The position numbers and the translations under genes were made by a program. The notes under the pieces are model-generated. The model saw only the letters and a program-made list of their open reading frames with translations, had not been told where the DNA came from and did no database searches. A DNA stretch of 46,311 bases from an uncultured Desulfovibrionaceae bacterium. GTDB taxonomy: Bacteria; Desulfobacterota; Desulfovibrionia; Desulfovibrionales; Desulfovibrionaceae. Position 1 is the stretch's first letter. Each line of letters opens with the position of its first letter. The stretch spans positions 1 to 46,311 of the forward strand of contig CAYJAL010000001.1 of assembly GCA_964367875.1 (NCBI GenBank). Direction: 5' to 3'. Shown piece by piece: positions 16,159 to 23,849 of this stretch.

Positions 16159-17166
16159 ATGCACGTTTTAGTTACGGGAGCAGCAGGCTTTATCGGCCAT
16201 CAATTATCTTTACGTCTTTTAAGCCTTGGACATAGCGTGGTTGGCATTGATAATCTTAATGATTATTACGATGTAAACCTAAAAAAAGCGCGCCTAGCAG
16301 AGCTGGAGCCTTTAGATAATTTCCGCTTTGTTTTTGGTGACTTGGCCGACAATGCCTTTATGGATAACCTTTTCGAAACAGAAAATTTTAGCCATGTGGC
16401 GCATTTAGCTGCTCAAGCCGGCGTGCGTTATAGCATAGAAAATCCTCGTTCCTATATACAATCTAACCTTGTGGGCTTTGGCAATATTTTAGAAGGTTGC
16501 CGCCATACACAAGTGAAGCATTTGGTCTATGCTTCGTCCAGCTCAGTCTATGGCCTCAATGGCAAGCGCCCCTATGCAGAGGAGCACCCTGTCAACCATC
16601 CTGTAAGTTTGTACGCTGCTTCTAAAAAAAGCAATGAGCTAATGGCGCATTCTTACAGTCATCTTTACCATTTACCCACCACGGGTTTGCGCTTTTTCAC
16701 TGTCTATGGCCCATGGAATCGCCCCGATATGGCTTTACACCTTTTTGCCACAGCCATTGTGCAAGGTAAGCCCATCAATGTTTTTAACAATGGACAAATG
16801 CAACGCGATTTCACCTATATAGATGATATTGTAGAAGGCGTCGTGCGCACCTTAGAGCTTCCTGCCACAGCAGATGACGCATGGGATGCACAAAACCCTG
16901 CCCCCGATACCAGCCCTGCCCCTTGGCGTATTTATAATATTGGCAATAATAATACGGTGGCCTTGGGCGATTTCATTAGCATTTTAGAAAAAAGCCTTGG
17001 CATGACTGCCATTAAAAATTACATGCCCATGCAGCCCGGTGATGTGGTTTCCACCCATGCTTCGGTGGATAATCTCACCAAGCTTACGGGCTTTTCCCCT
17101 TGTACTCCGCTAGAAGAAGGTATTGACCGCTTTGTGGCTTGGTACAAAAACTATTACAAAATCTAA
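16159..17166 (+). CDS. NAD-dependent sugar-nucleotide epimerase (UDP-glucuronate 4-epimerase-like)
   Basis: MHVLVTGAAGFIGHQLS is a Rossmann GxxGxxG motif, and YAASKKSNE is the YxxxK catalytic motif. GGAGG lies 7 nt upstream of ATG 16159. Confidence 0.85.
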   Translation: MHVLVTGAAGFIGHQLSLRLLSLGHSVVGIDNLNDYYDVNLKKARLAELEPLDNFRFVFGDLADNAFMDNLFETENFSHVAHLAAQAGVRYSIENPRSYIQSNLVGFGNILEGCRHTQVKHLVYASSSSVYGLNGKRPYAEEHPVNHPVSLYAASKKSNELMAHSYSHLYHLPTTGLRFFTVYGPWNRPDMALHLFATAIVQGKPINVFNNGQMQRDFTYIDDIVEGVVRTLELPATADDAWDAQNPAPDTSPAPWRIYNIGNNNTVALGDFISILEKSLGMTAIKNYMPMQPGDVVSTHASVDNLTKLTGFSPCTPLEEGIDRFVAWYKNYYKI

Positions 17167-17171
17167 TTATG

Positions 17172-17188
17172 GGGGAGCCTTGCTCCCC
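17172..17188 (+). other. Intercistronic GC hairpin between the epimerase and U32 genes
   Basis: ggggagc (17172..17178), ctt loop, gctcccc (17182..17188): a perfect 7-bp stem with no T-run after it. Confidence 0.4.
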
Positions 17189-17199
17189 ACGAGCACCTT

Positions 17200-19329
17200 A
17201 TGACAACACAAGTTGAAATCCTTGCCCCTGCCGGCGATAGTCAATGTTTTTTGGCGGCTCTTGCCGCCGGCGCCGATGCCATTTATGTGGGACTTAAACA
17301 CTTTTCTGCACGTATGCAGGCCGAAAACTTTGGCGCTGGCGAGCTTTCTCGTCTGGTAGACCTTGCCCATGAGCAAAATACACGCGTTTATGTGGCCATG
17401 AACACCCTGCTTAAGCCCGACGATATGGACAGCGCCTATAATCTTGTATCGCGCCTAAACAAACAAGTGGGCGCCGATGCCATTATTGTGCAGGACACAG
17501 GCTTTGTGAACCTTGCGCGTCAGGCCGGCTTTGAGGGGGAAGTGCACCTTTCTACCCTTGCCAATATCACCCACCCTTCTGGCCTTGTGGCGGCGCAGAA
17601 ATTGGGCGCTAGCCGCGTTATTTTACCGCGCGAGCTGAGCATTGATGAAATTCGCGCCATGGGTGAAGCCTGCCCTGAGGGCCTTGAGCTGGAAACCTTT
17701 GTGCACGGCGCTTTGTGTTTTTGTGTGTCCGGTCGCTGTTATTGGTCTAGCTATATGGGCGGTAAAAGTGGCCTGCGTGGTCGCTGTGTGCAGCCTTGCC
17801 GCCGTATTTATAAGCAAGGCGGACACAATTTAGCCAAACAATTTACCAAGCTGGAAGAAGAAGCCAGTCGCCATAAGGTAAAAGAAAATAGGGGCAAGCC
17901 ACTTGCCGGCGGTCGCGCTGCGCAACGCGGTAACGATAGAGGGCAAAGACCCAATCGCGTGGGTAAGGAGCATAGCGGACGCTATTTCTCTTGTCTTGAC
18001 CTCTCCATAGACGTACTGGCCAAAACTTTATTAGATGTGCCTAACTTACGCTCTTGGAAGATTGAAGGGCGTAAAAAAGGACCGCATTATGTTTACCATG
18101 TGGTGTCCGCCTATAAGCTTTTGCGCGATAATCCCGGCGATTCCAAAGCCAAGAAAATGGCCGCAGATTATTTGGAATTGGCCTTGGGACGCCCTGCCAC
18201 CAAGGCGCGTTTCTTGCCACAAAAAAATAATATCCCCACCGATCCCAATGCCTCCACCTCTTCGGGCTTACTTATTGGTAAGGTGGCCATTGAAGAGGGC
18301 GGTCAGGCCATTGTAAAGCCTTATCGTGAGCTTTTACCGCAAGATTACTTGCGCATTGGCGTGGAAGATCAAAGCTTTCACTCCACCCTTTCTGTAACGC
18401 GTCGCATTCCCAAGGCCGGAACCTTGGCCTTGCGCGTGCCTAAGCATAAAACGCCCAAGGCCGGTACTGCGGTATTCCTTATTGACCGCCGCGAGCCAGA
18501 ATTAGTGCAAACCTTAAAGCAATGGCAACAAAAGCTGAATGCCCATAAAGGACGCCCCAGTGCTGCCCAGCATATAGGTCGTGACCGTCCTGTGTTTGAA
18601 CCTGCTCAGCGCGAAAAAAGGCGCCCAGACTTAACCCTACGCTCTGCCCTGCCCCAAGGACGCGAAACACGCGGCGCCAAAGGCGGACATATGGCTCTTT
18701 GGCTTTCACCCAAGGCCGCAGAGCTTTCGCGCACCATTGTGCCGCGCGTGTGCTGGTGGTTACCCCCAGTGATTTGGCCAGAAGAAGAAAAGGGCTATAA
18801 GCGCCTTATAGAGCAAATGTGCCGCAACGGCGCCACGCAATTTGTGTGCAATGCCCCATGGCAAATTGAGCTTTTTAGCAAAAGAGAAGGGCTCGATCTT
18901 ATGGCCGGCCCCTTTTGTAATGTGGCCAATGTGGCGCACATTAGCGTGCTTAAGGACATGGGCTTTTCTTTAGCCTTTGTAAGCCCTGAGCTGCCCGGTG
19001 AAGATTTACTCAACCTACCGCAAGTAAGCCCCTTACCCTTGGGCTTTGTGTTGGAAGGCTTTTGGCCTGTGGGTATTGCTCGCTTTGGCCTCTTAGGCGT
19101 TAAAGCCAATGAGCCTTTTATGAGCCCCAAGGGAGAAATCTTCTGGGCACGCAATTATGGCAGTAATGTATGGCTTTACCCTGCATGGCCGCTGAACTTT
19201 ACGGAAAAGCGCAATGCACTGGAAAATGCCGGCTATAATATGTTTGTACGTGTGGTAGAACATGTACCGCAAAACTTGCCTGTATTGCGCCGTGATGGGC
19301 TGTTTAACTGGGACGGCGAATTACTTTAA
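17200..19329 (+). CDS. U32-family protein (peptidase U32 / Fe-S hydroxylase-type), long form
   Basis: 709-aa ORF with a U32-type N-terminus, VEILAPAGDSQCFLAALAAGADAIYVGLKHFSAR. The Cys pattern C173-x6-C180-x15-C196-x3-C200 spans 17716..17799. Confidence 0.85.
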   Translation: MTTQVEILAPAGDSQCFLAALAAGADAIYVGLKHFSARMQAENFGAGELSRLVDLAHEQNTRVYVAMNTLLKPDDMDSAYNLVSRLNKQVGADAIIVQDTGFVNLARQAGFEGEVHLSTLANITHPSGLVAAQKLGASRVILPRELSIDEIRAMGEACPEGLELETFVHGALCFCVSGRCYWSSYMGGKSGLRGRCVQPCRRIYKQGGHNLAKQFTKLEEEASRHKVKENRGKPLAGGRAAQRGNDRGQRPNRVGKEHSGRYFSCLDLSIDVLAKTLLDVPNLRSWKIEGRKKGPHYVYHVVSAYKLLRDNPGDSKAKKMAADYLELALGRPATKARFLPQKNNIPTDPNASTSSGLLIGKVAIEEGGQAIVKPYRELLPQDYLRIGVEDQSFHSTLSVTRRIPKAGTLALRVPKHKTPKAGTAVFLIDRREPELVQTLKQWQQKLNAHKGRPSAAQHIGRDRPVFEPAQREKRRPDLTLRSALPQGRETRGAKGGHMALWLSPKAAELSRTIVPRVCWWLPPVIWPEEEKGYKRLIEQMCRNGATQFVCNAPWQIELFSKREGLDLMAGPFCNVANVAHISVLKDMGFSLAFVSPELPGEDLLNLPQVSPLPLGFVLEGFWPVGIARFGLLGVKANEPFMSPKGEIFWARNYGSNVWLYPAWPLNFTEKRNALENAGYNMFVRVVEHVPQNLPVLRRDGLFNWDGELL

Positions 19330-19330
19330 G

Positions 19331-19458
19331 CCAGTACGCTGAAAATGAGCAATGTGCTTCGTCAGACTTGTTTTTTGCTACGGTCATGTATGTCTCTATA
19401 CACTCCCTTCGCAAAAAACGGCGTCTTCCTTGCATCTTACCCATTTTGAGCATACTGG
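19331..19458. repeat. Palindromic intergenic element B (48-nt imperfect inverted arms)
   Basis: The arms are ccagtacgctgaaaatgagcaatgtgc...gttttttgc (19331..19378) and gcaaaaaac...gcatcttacccattttgagcatactgg (19411..19458). The outer 27 nt match 21/27 and the inner 9 nt are perfect. Confidence 0.65.
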
Positions 19459-19614
19459 ATTTGTCCTGTTTTTAAATGAATACTTAAAAGTCTACATATT
19501 TTTTACAACTTTAAAATACAAGGAAAAGAACTTTTTTCGCAAATTTCAGCTGCGCAAAAATCTTTATTACAAAGACAAAGCGTAGCCGCAATGAAAGTTT
19601 TTTGGAAAAGGGGT

Positions 19615-19655
19615 CTGGGGAAAGAACCTTTTTTTTAAAAAAGGTTTTTCCCCAG
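19615..19655. repeat. Near-perfect 41-nt palindrome upstream of yccF
   Basis: ctggggaaagaacctttttttt pairs with aaaaaaggtttttccccag, with a single 1-nt bulge and essentially no loop. Confidence 0.7.
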
Positions 19656-19718
19656 TAGACTTTGTCAACAATCTGTGTCGTACAGGACATACGACCAAAA
19701 GTCATCTTAAGGAATACT

Positions 19719-20174
19719 ATGAGCTTATTAGGTAATATTATTTGGTTTGTACTTGGCGGGGTCTTTATGGGGCTTATGTGGTGGATTTTTGGCGTGCTGG
19801 CCTTTATTTCCATCATTGGTATTCCCTTTGGTCGTGCCTGCTTTGTTATGGGCTCTTTTGCCTTCTTTCCTTTTGGTAAGGTCATTATCGAGCGCGATAC
19901 CCTTACCGGTAAAGAAGATGTGGGTACCGGCGCCCTAGGCCTTGTGGGGAATATTATATGGTTTATCTTTGCAGGTCTCTGGATTGCCTTGGGGCATTTA
20001 GCCTCAGCACTGGCTTGCGCCATTACCATTATTGGTATTCCCTTTGCGTGGCAGCATATTAAATTGGCCGCTTTGGCCATTAGTCCCATTGGCAAAACGG
20101 TGGTTCCCACTGCTGTGGGCGCCGCGGCGCAGCAAAAAGCCGCAGAAGCCTTTGTGGATAAAATGCGCCAATAA
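19719..20174 (+). CDS. yccF: YccF-domain inner membrane protein
   Basis: Duplicated motif: MSLLGNIIWFVLGGVFMGLMWW...IGIPFGRACF, then LVGNIIWFIFAGLWIALGH...IGIPFAWQH. ATG 19719 has an AAGGA SD. The upstream TTG extension is rejected. Confidence 0.85.
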   Translation: MSLLGNIIWFVLGGVFMGLMWWIFGVLAFISIIGIPFGRACFVMGSFAFFPFGKVIIERDTLTGKEDVGTGALGLVGNIIWFIFAGLWIALGHLASALACAITIIGIPFAWQHIKLAALAISPIGKTVVPTAVGAAAQQKAAEAFVDKMRQ

Positions 20175-20202
20175 TGGTGCTGTAACAATGCCATAGAAAT
20201 AT

Positions 20203-20237
20203 AAAAAAAGGGGAATGCCTAAGCACTCCCCTTTTTT
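20203..20237. terminator. Bidirectional rho-independent terminator (yccF / RTX gene)
   Basis: aaaaaaa-gggga-atgcctaagcac-tcccc-tttttt, between convergent stops. The stem is short (5 bp). Confidence 0.6.
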
Positions 20238-20256
20238 ATTAAATAATTATTTTCTA

Positions 20257-21768
20257 CTATGCCATGGCCGATTGCGCCACAAGCACGGTTACTTGTACAT
20301 TATCTTCGGTAAGTACATCAAAGCTTCTATAGTCAACACCTGCAATGTCCACTGTGGCTTGTGGTGCTTGCGCTTCATCAAAACTTACCTTGTTTGCATT
20401 TTGCGTCATACCAAGGTTTTGTAACAGAGCATCAGAAGACATACCTTTGAGCATGTCATCAGAAGCACCCAATACGTACATTTCTATACTGCTATTATCC
20501 GAAGCAGCAATATATCCTATATTATTGAGTGAATCCACTCCAGCCAAGAGAATGTCTATACCATCGCCACCATCAGCTTTAGCAGAGAAAATATCATCAA
20601 AGGCAATATTTCCCAAAACAATAACATCATCGCCTGTGCCGCCACTAATAGTAGAATCTTCTAGGTCACCAAAGAGAACATCATCACCAGCACCGCCATA
20701 GAGCCAATCATTACCGCCACTACCTGTAATGGTATCATCTCCGGCTCCGGCATAAAAGACGCCTCCACCATCCACGGTAAACTTATCAGCATCATTGGTT
20801 GCTATGTAAATATCGGATCCGCTAACAGTGTCATCCTTAAGTAATACAGAAATCTTTTTTTCAAATACGCTACCATCGGGCGCTGTTTCTTTCACGGTAA
20901 ATTGCATATCATTGGGGACATCATTGATTGCATTCATGCTAACAGTGAATTTTACCGCATCCCCTTGCTGCTCCAATTGCACAGATCCATGTTTTGTGGT
21001 TCCTTCGTGAATTTCATAATACCCCGCTGTAGTTGTTTCTACCAAGGTATAGGCCGCATTGGTTAAGCTAAGCGCCACATCAGATAAGAGCAAACCGTGG
21101 TCGCTTGTGAAGGTTCCTACTGCCACTGCAGGCAAGTAAGCTGCATCAAAATGCCCATCGGTTACGCTAATGGTACTTGCATAGGTAGGCGCTGGTACCA
21201 CAGAGGAATTAGGCACGCTGGGTACAGAACTACTTTCTGCAAGGCTTGGAATAAATGTTTCAAATGCTAGAGTCGAAGCGCCAAGGCTTAACGGAAGATT
21301 TTCTTCTGCGTTGTCAGCCAATAAACTGGCTAACGATGTGACGTTAGAAGAAGCATCATCTTCCTCTCCATCACTTGCCTCTTCGCTCACAAGAACATTT
21401 TCTTCCTGTACTTCTGCGGCTTTTTCCATGGCTAGGCTAGAACCGCCGCTTTTGGGCGCAGGCTGCGGCGTGTTTTCCCCTTGCTCAGTATCTGTGCCTG
21501 TTTCAGCAGCTATTTGCTCAAAAAACTCTTCTCCCGATAATTCCTTACCATTGACCACAAAGGAAGGTGCTCCTTGGCCGGAAACGCTCGCATAAGCGCC
21601 GCTCACAGTAACGGTGCTGCCTTGACCAAAGTCCACCACCAAATCATCACCTTGGCGTGTAATCTTGGCTTCATTCTCAGAAAAATCCAGTAAAAATCTA
21701 TTGTCAGCTGTGGGTGTTATGACCACAGAAGAACCATCTTTGGGTTTTGAAATACTAACGTCAGCCAT
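20257..21768 (-). CDS. RTX-type calcium-binding repeat secreted protein
   Basis: GGxGxD nonapeptides AGAGDDTITGSGGNDWLYGGAGDDVLFGD...GGTGDDVIV span 20614..20751. I set the start at ATG 21768 (MADVSISKPK), which has GGAGG upstream. There is no signal peptide, consistent with T1SS-type export. Confidence 0.8.
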   Translation of the reverse strand: MADVSISKPKDGSSVVITPTADNRFLLDFSENEAKITRQGDDLVVDFGQGSTVTVSGAYASVSGQGAPSFVVNGKELSGEEFFEQIAAETGTDTEQGENTPQPAPKSGGSSLAMEKAAEVQEENVLVSEEASDGEEDDASSNVTSLASLLADNAEENLPLSLGASTLAFETFIPSLAESSSVPSVPNSSVVPAPTYASTISVTDGHFDAAYLPAVAVGTFTSDHGLLLSDVALSLTNAAYTLVETTTAGYYEIHEGTTKHGSVQLEQQGDAVKFTVSMNAINDVPNDMQFTVKETAPDGSVFEKKISVLLKDDTVSGSDIYIATNDADKFTVDGGGVFYAGAGDDTITGSGGNDWLYGGAGDDVLFGDLEDSTISGGTGDDVIVLGNIAFDDIFSAKADGGDGIDILLAGVDSLNNIGYIAASDNSSIEMYVLGASDDMLKGMSSDALLQNLGMTQNANKVSFDEAQAPQATVDIAGVDYRSFDVLTEDNVQVTVLVAQSAMA

Positions 21769-22085
21769 AATCCCCTCCATTATGCTTGGACTAGCGTAAA
21801 TGTACGCATGGTAAAAAAACGTGCAATCAAAGAAAAGCCCAAAATGCATGTAAAAATTCTAAAACACCATGGACGAATACAGAATCGCTGGGGCAATTTT
21901 TCCCAGTAAATACGGAATAAGAAATGCTACACAAGCTTACTAAAAAAAGCAGCTGTACTTTCCCTGTATAATATTTCATTTTATAAGTCAACATAAAAAG
22001 GGTTTTTTGCTTATTTTCTTTTTTCTAAAAAAAACATAGTAAAGCAGTAACTTATATTTTACTTCAATAAAAAGTTTCTTACTGA

Positions 22086-22123
22086 CAAAAAAAGAGGGAA
22101 AGCTGTGTAAGCCCTCCCTCTTT
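22086..22123 (-). terminator. Rho-independent terminator after flgE
   Basis: On the minus strand, aaagaggga-gggcttacacagcttt-ccctcttt is followed by tttttt. The stem arms are 22091..22099 and 22115..22123. Confidence 0.7.
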
Positions 22124-22141
22124 AGATTTATATAAAAAAAC

Positions 22142-23617
22142 TTAATTTCGCTTCAGCTCCATGGCTTTTTGCAACATGGCATCAGCGGTGGTTACCACCT
22201 TGCTATTACTCTGGAAACCGCGCTGGGTAATAATCATATTTACCATTTCCGCAGACATGTCCACATTGGAGCCTTCGGTATAATTGGAAATAATATCAGC
22301 ATAGTTTTCTGTGCCGGCCTTGCCAAGTTCTGCAGGGCCAGATTCCGGCGTGGCAGAATATAAATTACCGCCCTCACGGCGTAGGCCATCTTGGCTGGTA
22401 AAGCGCGCCACAGGAATCTCATACAAAACAGCATCTTGATTATTACTATAGGAGCCTAAAATCTCTCCATTGGTGCCAATGGTAATATTGGTTACAAAGC
22501 CTTCTGTATAACCATCTTGCTCATTTAAGTGCATGCTATTACTACCGGAAAAAGCCGTAGTAGCATTGCCTGTGAGGGTAGAATTGGCTGTGGAACCCAG
22601 CATGGTTCTGTCTGTACCCACCGCCGCCGCTGTGGCCGCCACATTTTGCATATTTCCTGTAAGGCCAAAATCCAGACCTATGCTTTGTCCATTATAAGTA
22701 AAAACACCCTGCCCACTACCATTGGTAGAAGCTTGCACCCAATTATTAAGATCAGAAGTATCCCCTGTGGGCGTAAAGTAGCTCACACCCATAAGATTCC
22801 CTGCAGAGTCAAAGGTCATGGTGCCGGAAAGTAGGGCTTGACCCTCGGCATTATGCTCACTGGCATTGGCCGCCACCACAAATTCCATCACGCTGTCCGG
22901 ATCTGCCGAAGGCGCTCCATCCACATACAATGTTAAGTCGTGGGAATTACCTTCAGCGTCATACACACGTATGGGCTGGGTGTAGCTATATAAATCTTCC
23001 GACAATGGAGGATTAGAAGTGCCGTCATAACTTTTAGCCAAGGTGAAGTAAGGATCTGTAGTGCTGGCAGAATTATCTTCTATTTTACCAAGGTTAAAGC
23101 CAAGGCTTACCTCTGTGGTTGCTTTGGCAGGCATGGTGTCAAATTGATCTACCTGTATGGGCTCAAGAGCGCCCCTATTGCCTTCTAAGTCCACCGAATA
23201 TCCCATGAGATTGCTGCCATCTGGGAGGGTTAAATAGCTTTCTTCATTAAAATTAAAGTTTCCAGCACGGGTGTACATGGTATCGCCGTCCACCGTTTGC
23301 ACCTGAAAAAAACCATCGCCGCTTAAGGCTAGGTCGGTAACGGAGCTGCCAAGCTCAAAAGAACCTTGCGTAAAAATAGTTCGAATATCACTTACTTGAA
23401 CGCCCATACCCACTTGGTCTAGGGCTACGTAGGATTGTTCGTTACCATTCCACGAATTGCCGGTATTCCCTTCAGATTTATAGATAAGATCTGCGTATTG
23501 TATATTTTGTTGCTTATAGCCAATGGTGCTTACATTGGCCAAGTTCTGAGACACAACATTCATGCCCTCAGATAAACTTTTCATGCCCGTTGCACCGATA
23601 TAAAGAGAACTCATCAT
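22142..23617 (-). CDS. flgE: Flagellar hook protein FlgE
   Basis: 491-aa ORF with the N-terminus MMSSLYIGATGMKSLSEGMNVVSQNLANVSTIGYKQ (flagellar basal-body rod/hook motif). The C-terminus is IITQRGFQSNSKVVTTADAMLQKAMELKR. Confidence 0.9.
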   Translation of the reverse strand: MMSSLYIGATGMKSLSEGMNVVSQNLANVSTIGYKQQNIQYADLIYKSEGNTGNSWNGNEQSYVALDQVGMGVQVSDIRTIFTQGSFELGSSVTDLALSGDGFFQVQTVDGDTMYTRAGNFNFNEESYLTLPDGSNLMGYSVDLEGNRGALEPIQVDQFDTMPAKATTEVSLGFNLGKIEDNSASTTDPYFTLAKSYDGTSNPPLSEDLYSYTQPIRVYDAEGNSHDLTLYVDGAPSADPDSVMEFVVAANASEHNAEGQALLSGTMTFDSAGNLMGVSYFTPTGDTSDLNNWVQASTNGSGQGVFTYNGQSIGLDFGLTGNMQNVAATAAAVGTDRTMLGSTANSTLTGNATTAFSGSNSMHLNEQDGYTEGFVTNITIGTNGEILGSYSNNQDAVLYEIPVARFTSQDGLRREGGNLYSATPESGPAELGKAGTENYADIISNYTEGSNVDMSAEMVNMIITQRGFQSNSKVVTTADAMLQKAMELKRN

Positions 23618-23765
23618 AGGCTATCCCTCACAAATAATAGAGCAGGGAAAAAACTTCCCAAATAGCTCTTAGGGTCGAGATTTCACGGCAGTATTTTTGC
23701 CCCAAAGGCTAAAATACATAGCATAAGGGAAAAAGCTTCCCCATTTCTATCTCGCTGCCTATATC

Positions 23766-23781
23766 TAGCAGATATCGTGCC
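23766..23781 (-). promoter_or_regulatory. Sigma54 (-24/-12) promoter candidate for flgE
   Basis: On the minus strand, TGGCACGatatCTGCT matches the consensus TGGCACG-N4-TTGCW, with correct GG/GC spacing. It lies about 150 nt upstream of the flgE ATG. Confidence 0.55.
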
Positions 23782-23819
23782 AAAAAAAAGCAGCTCTCAT
23801 AAATCATAAGAACTGCTTT
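23782..23819 (-). terminator. Rho-independent terminator after the sugar transferase gene
   Basis: On the minus strand, aaaagcag...ctgctttt (perfect 8-bp outer stem, 23785..23792 / 23812..23819) is followed by a run of T. Confidence 0.55.
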
Positions 23820-23849
23820 TCACATTGTGATAAAGAAATTTAAGGTTTT

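Noticed and set aside
19352-19585. 77-aa plus-strand ORF in the spacer after the U32 gene
   Set aside because: It runs straight through both arms of palindromic element B and the AT-rich sequence beyond. It has no SD and an implausible composition (Phe/Tyr/Lys/Leu-rich).
19511-20194. 227-aa minus-strand ORF covering the yccF region
   Set aside because: It is antisense to a well-supported YccF-domain gene with a duplicated conserved motif. It has no SD, and its sequence is low-complexity Ala/Pro/Lys-rich, typical of a shadow ORF.
21961-22000. Sigma70-like promoter for the RTX gene (TTGACT ... TATACA on the minus strand)
   Set aside because: The spacer is only about 15 nt and the -10 element is poor. 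No sigma28 (TAAA-N15-GCCGATAA) or sigma54 match was found in this leader, so the promoter remains unassigned.
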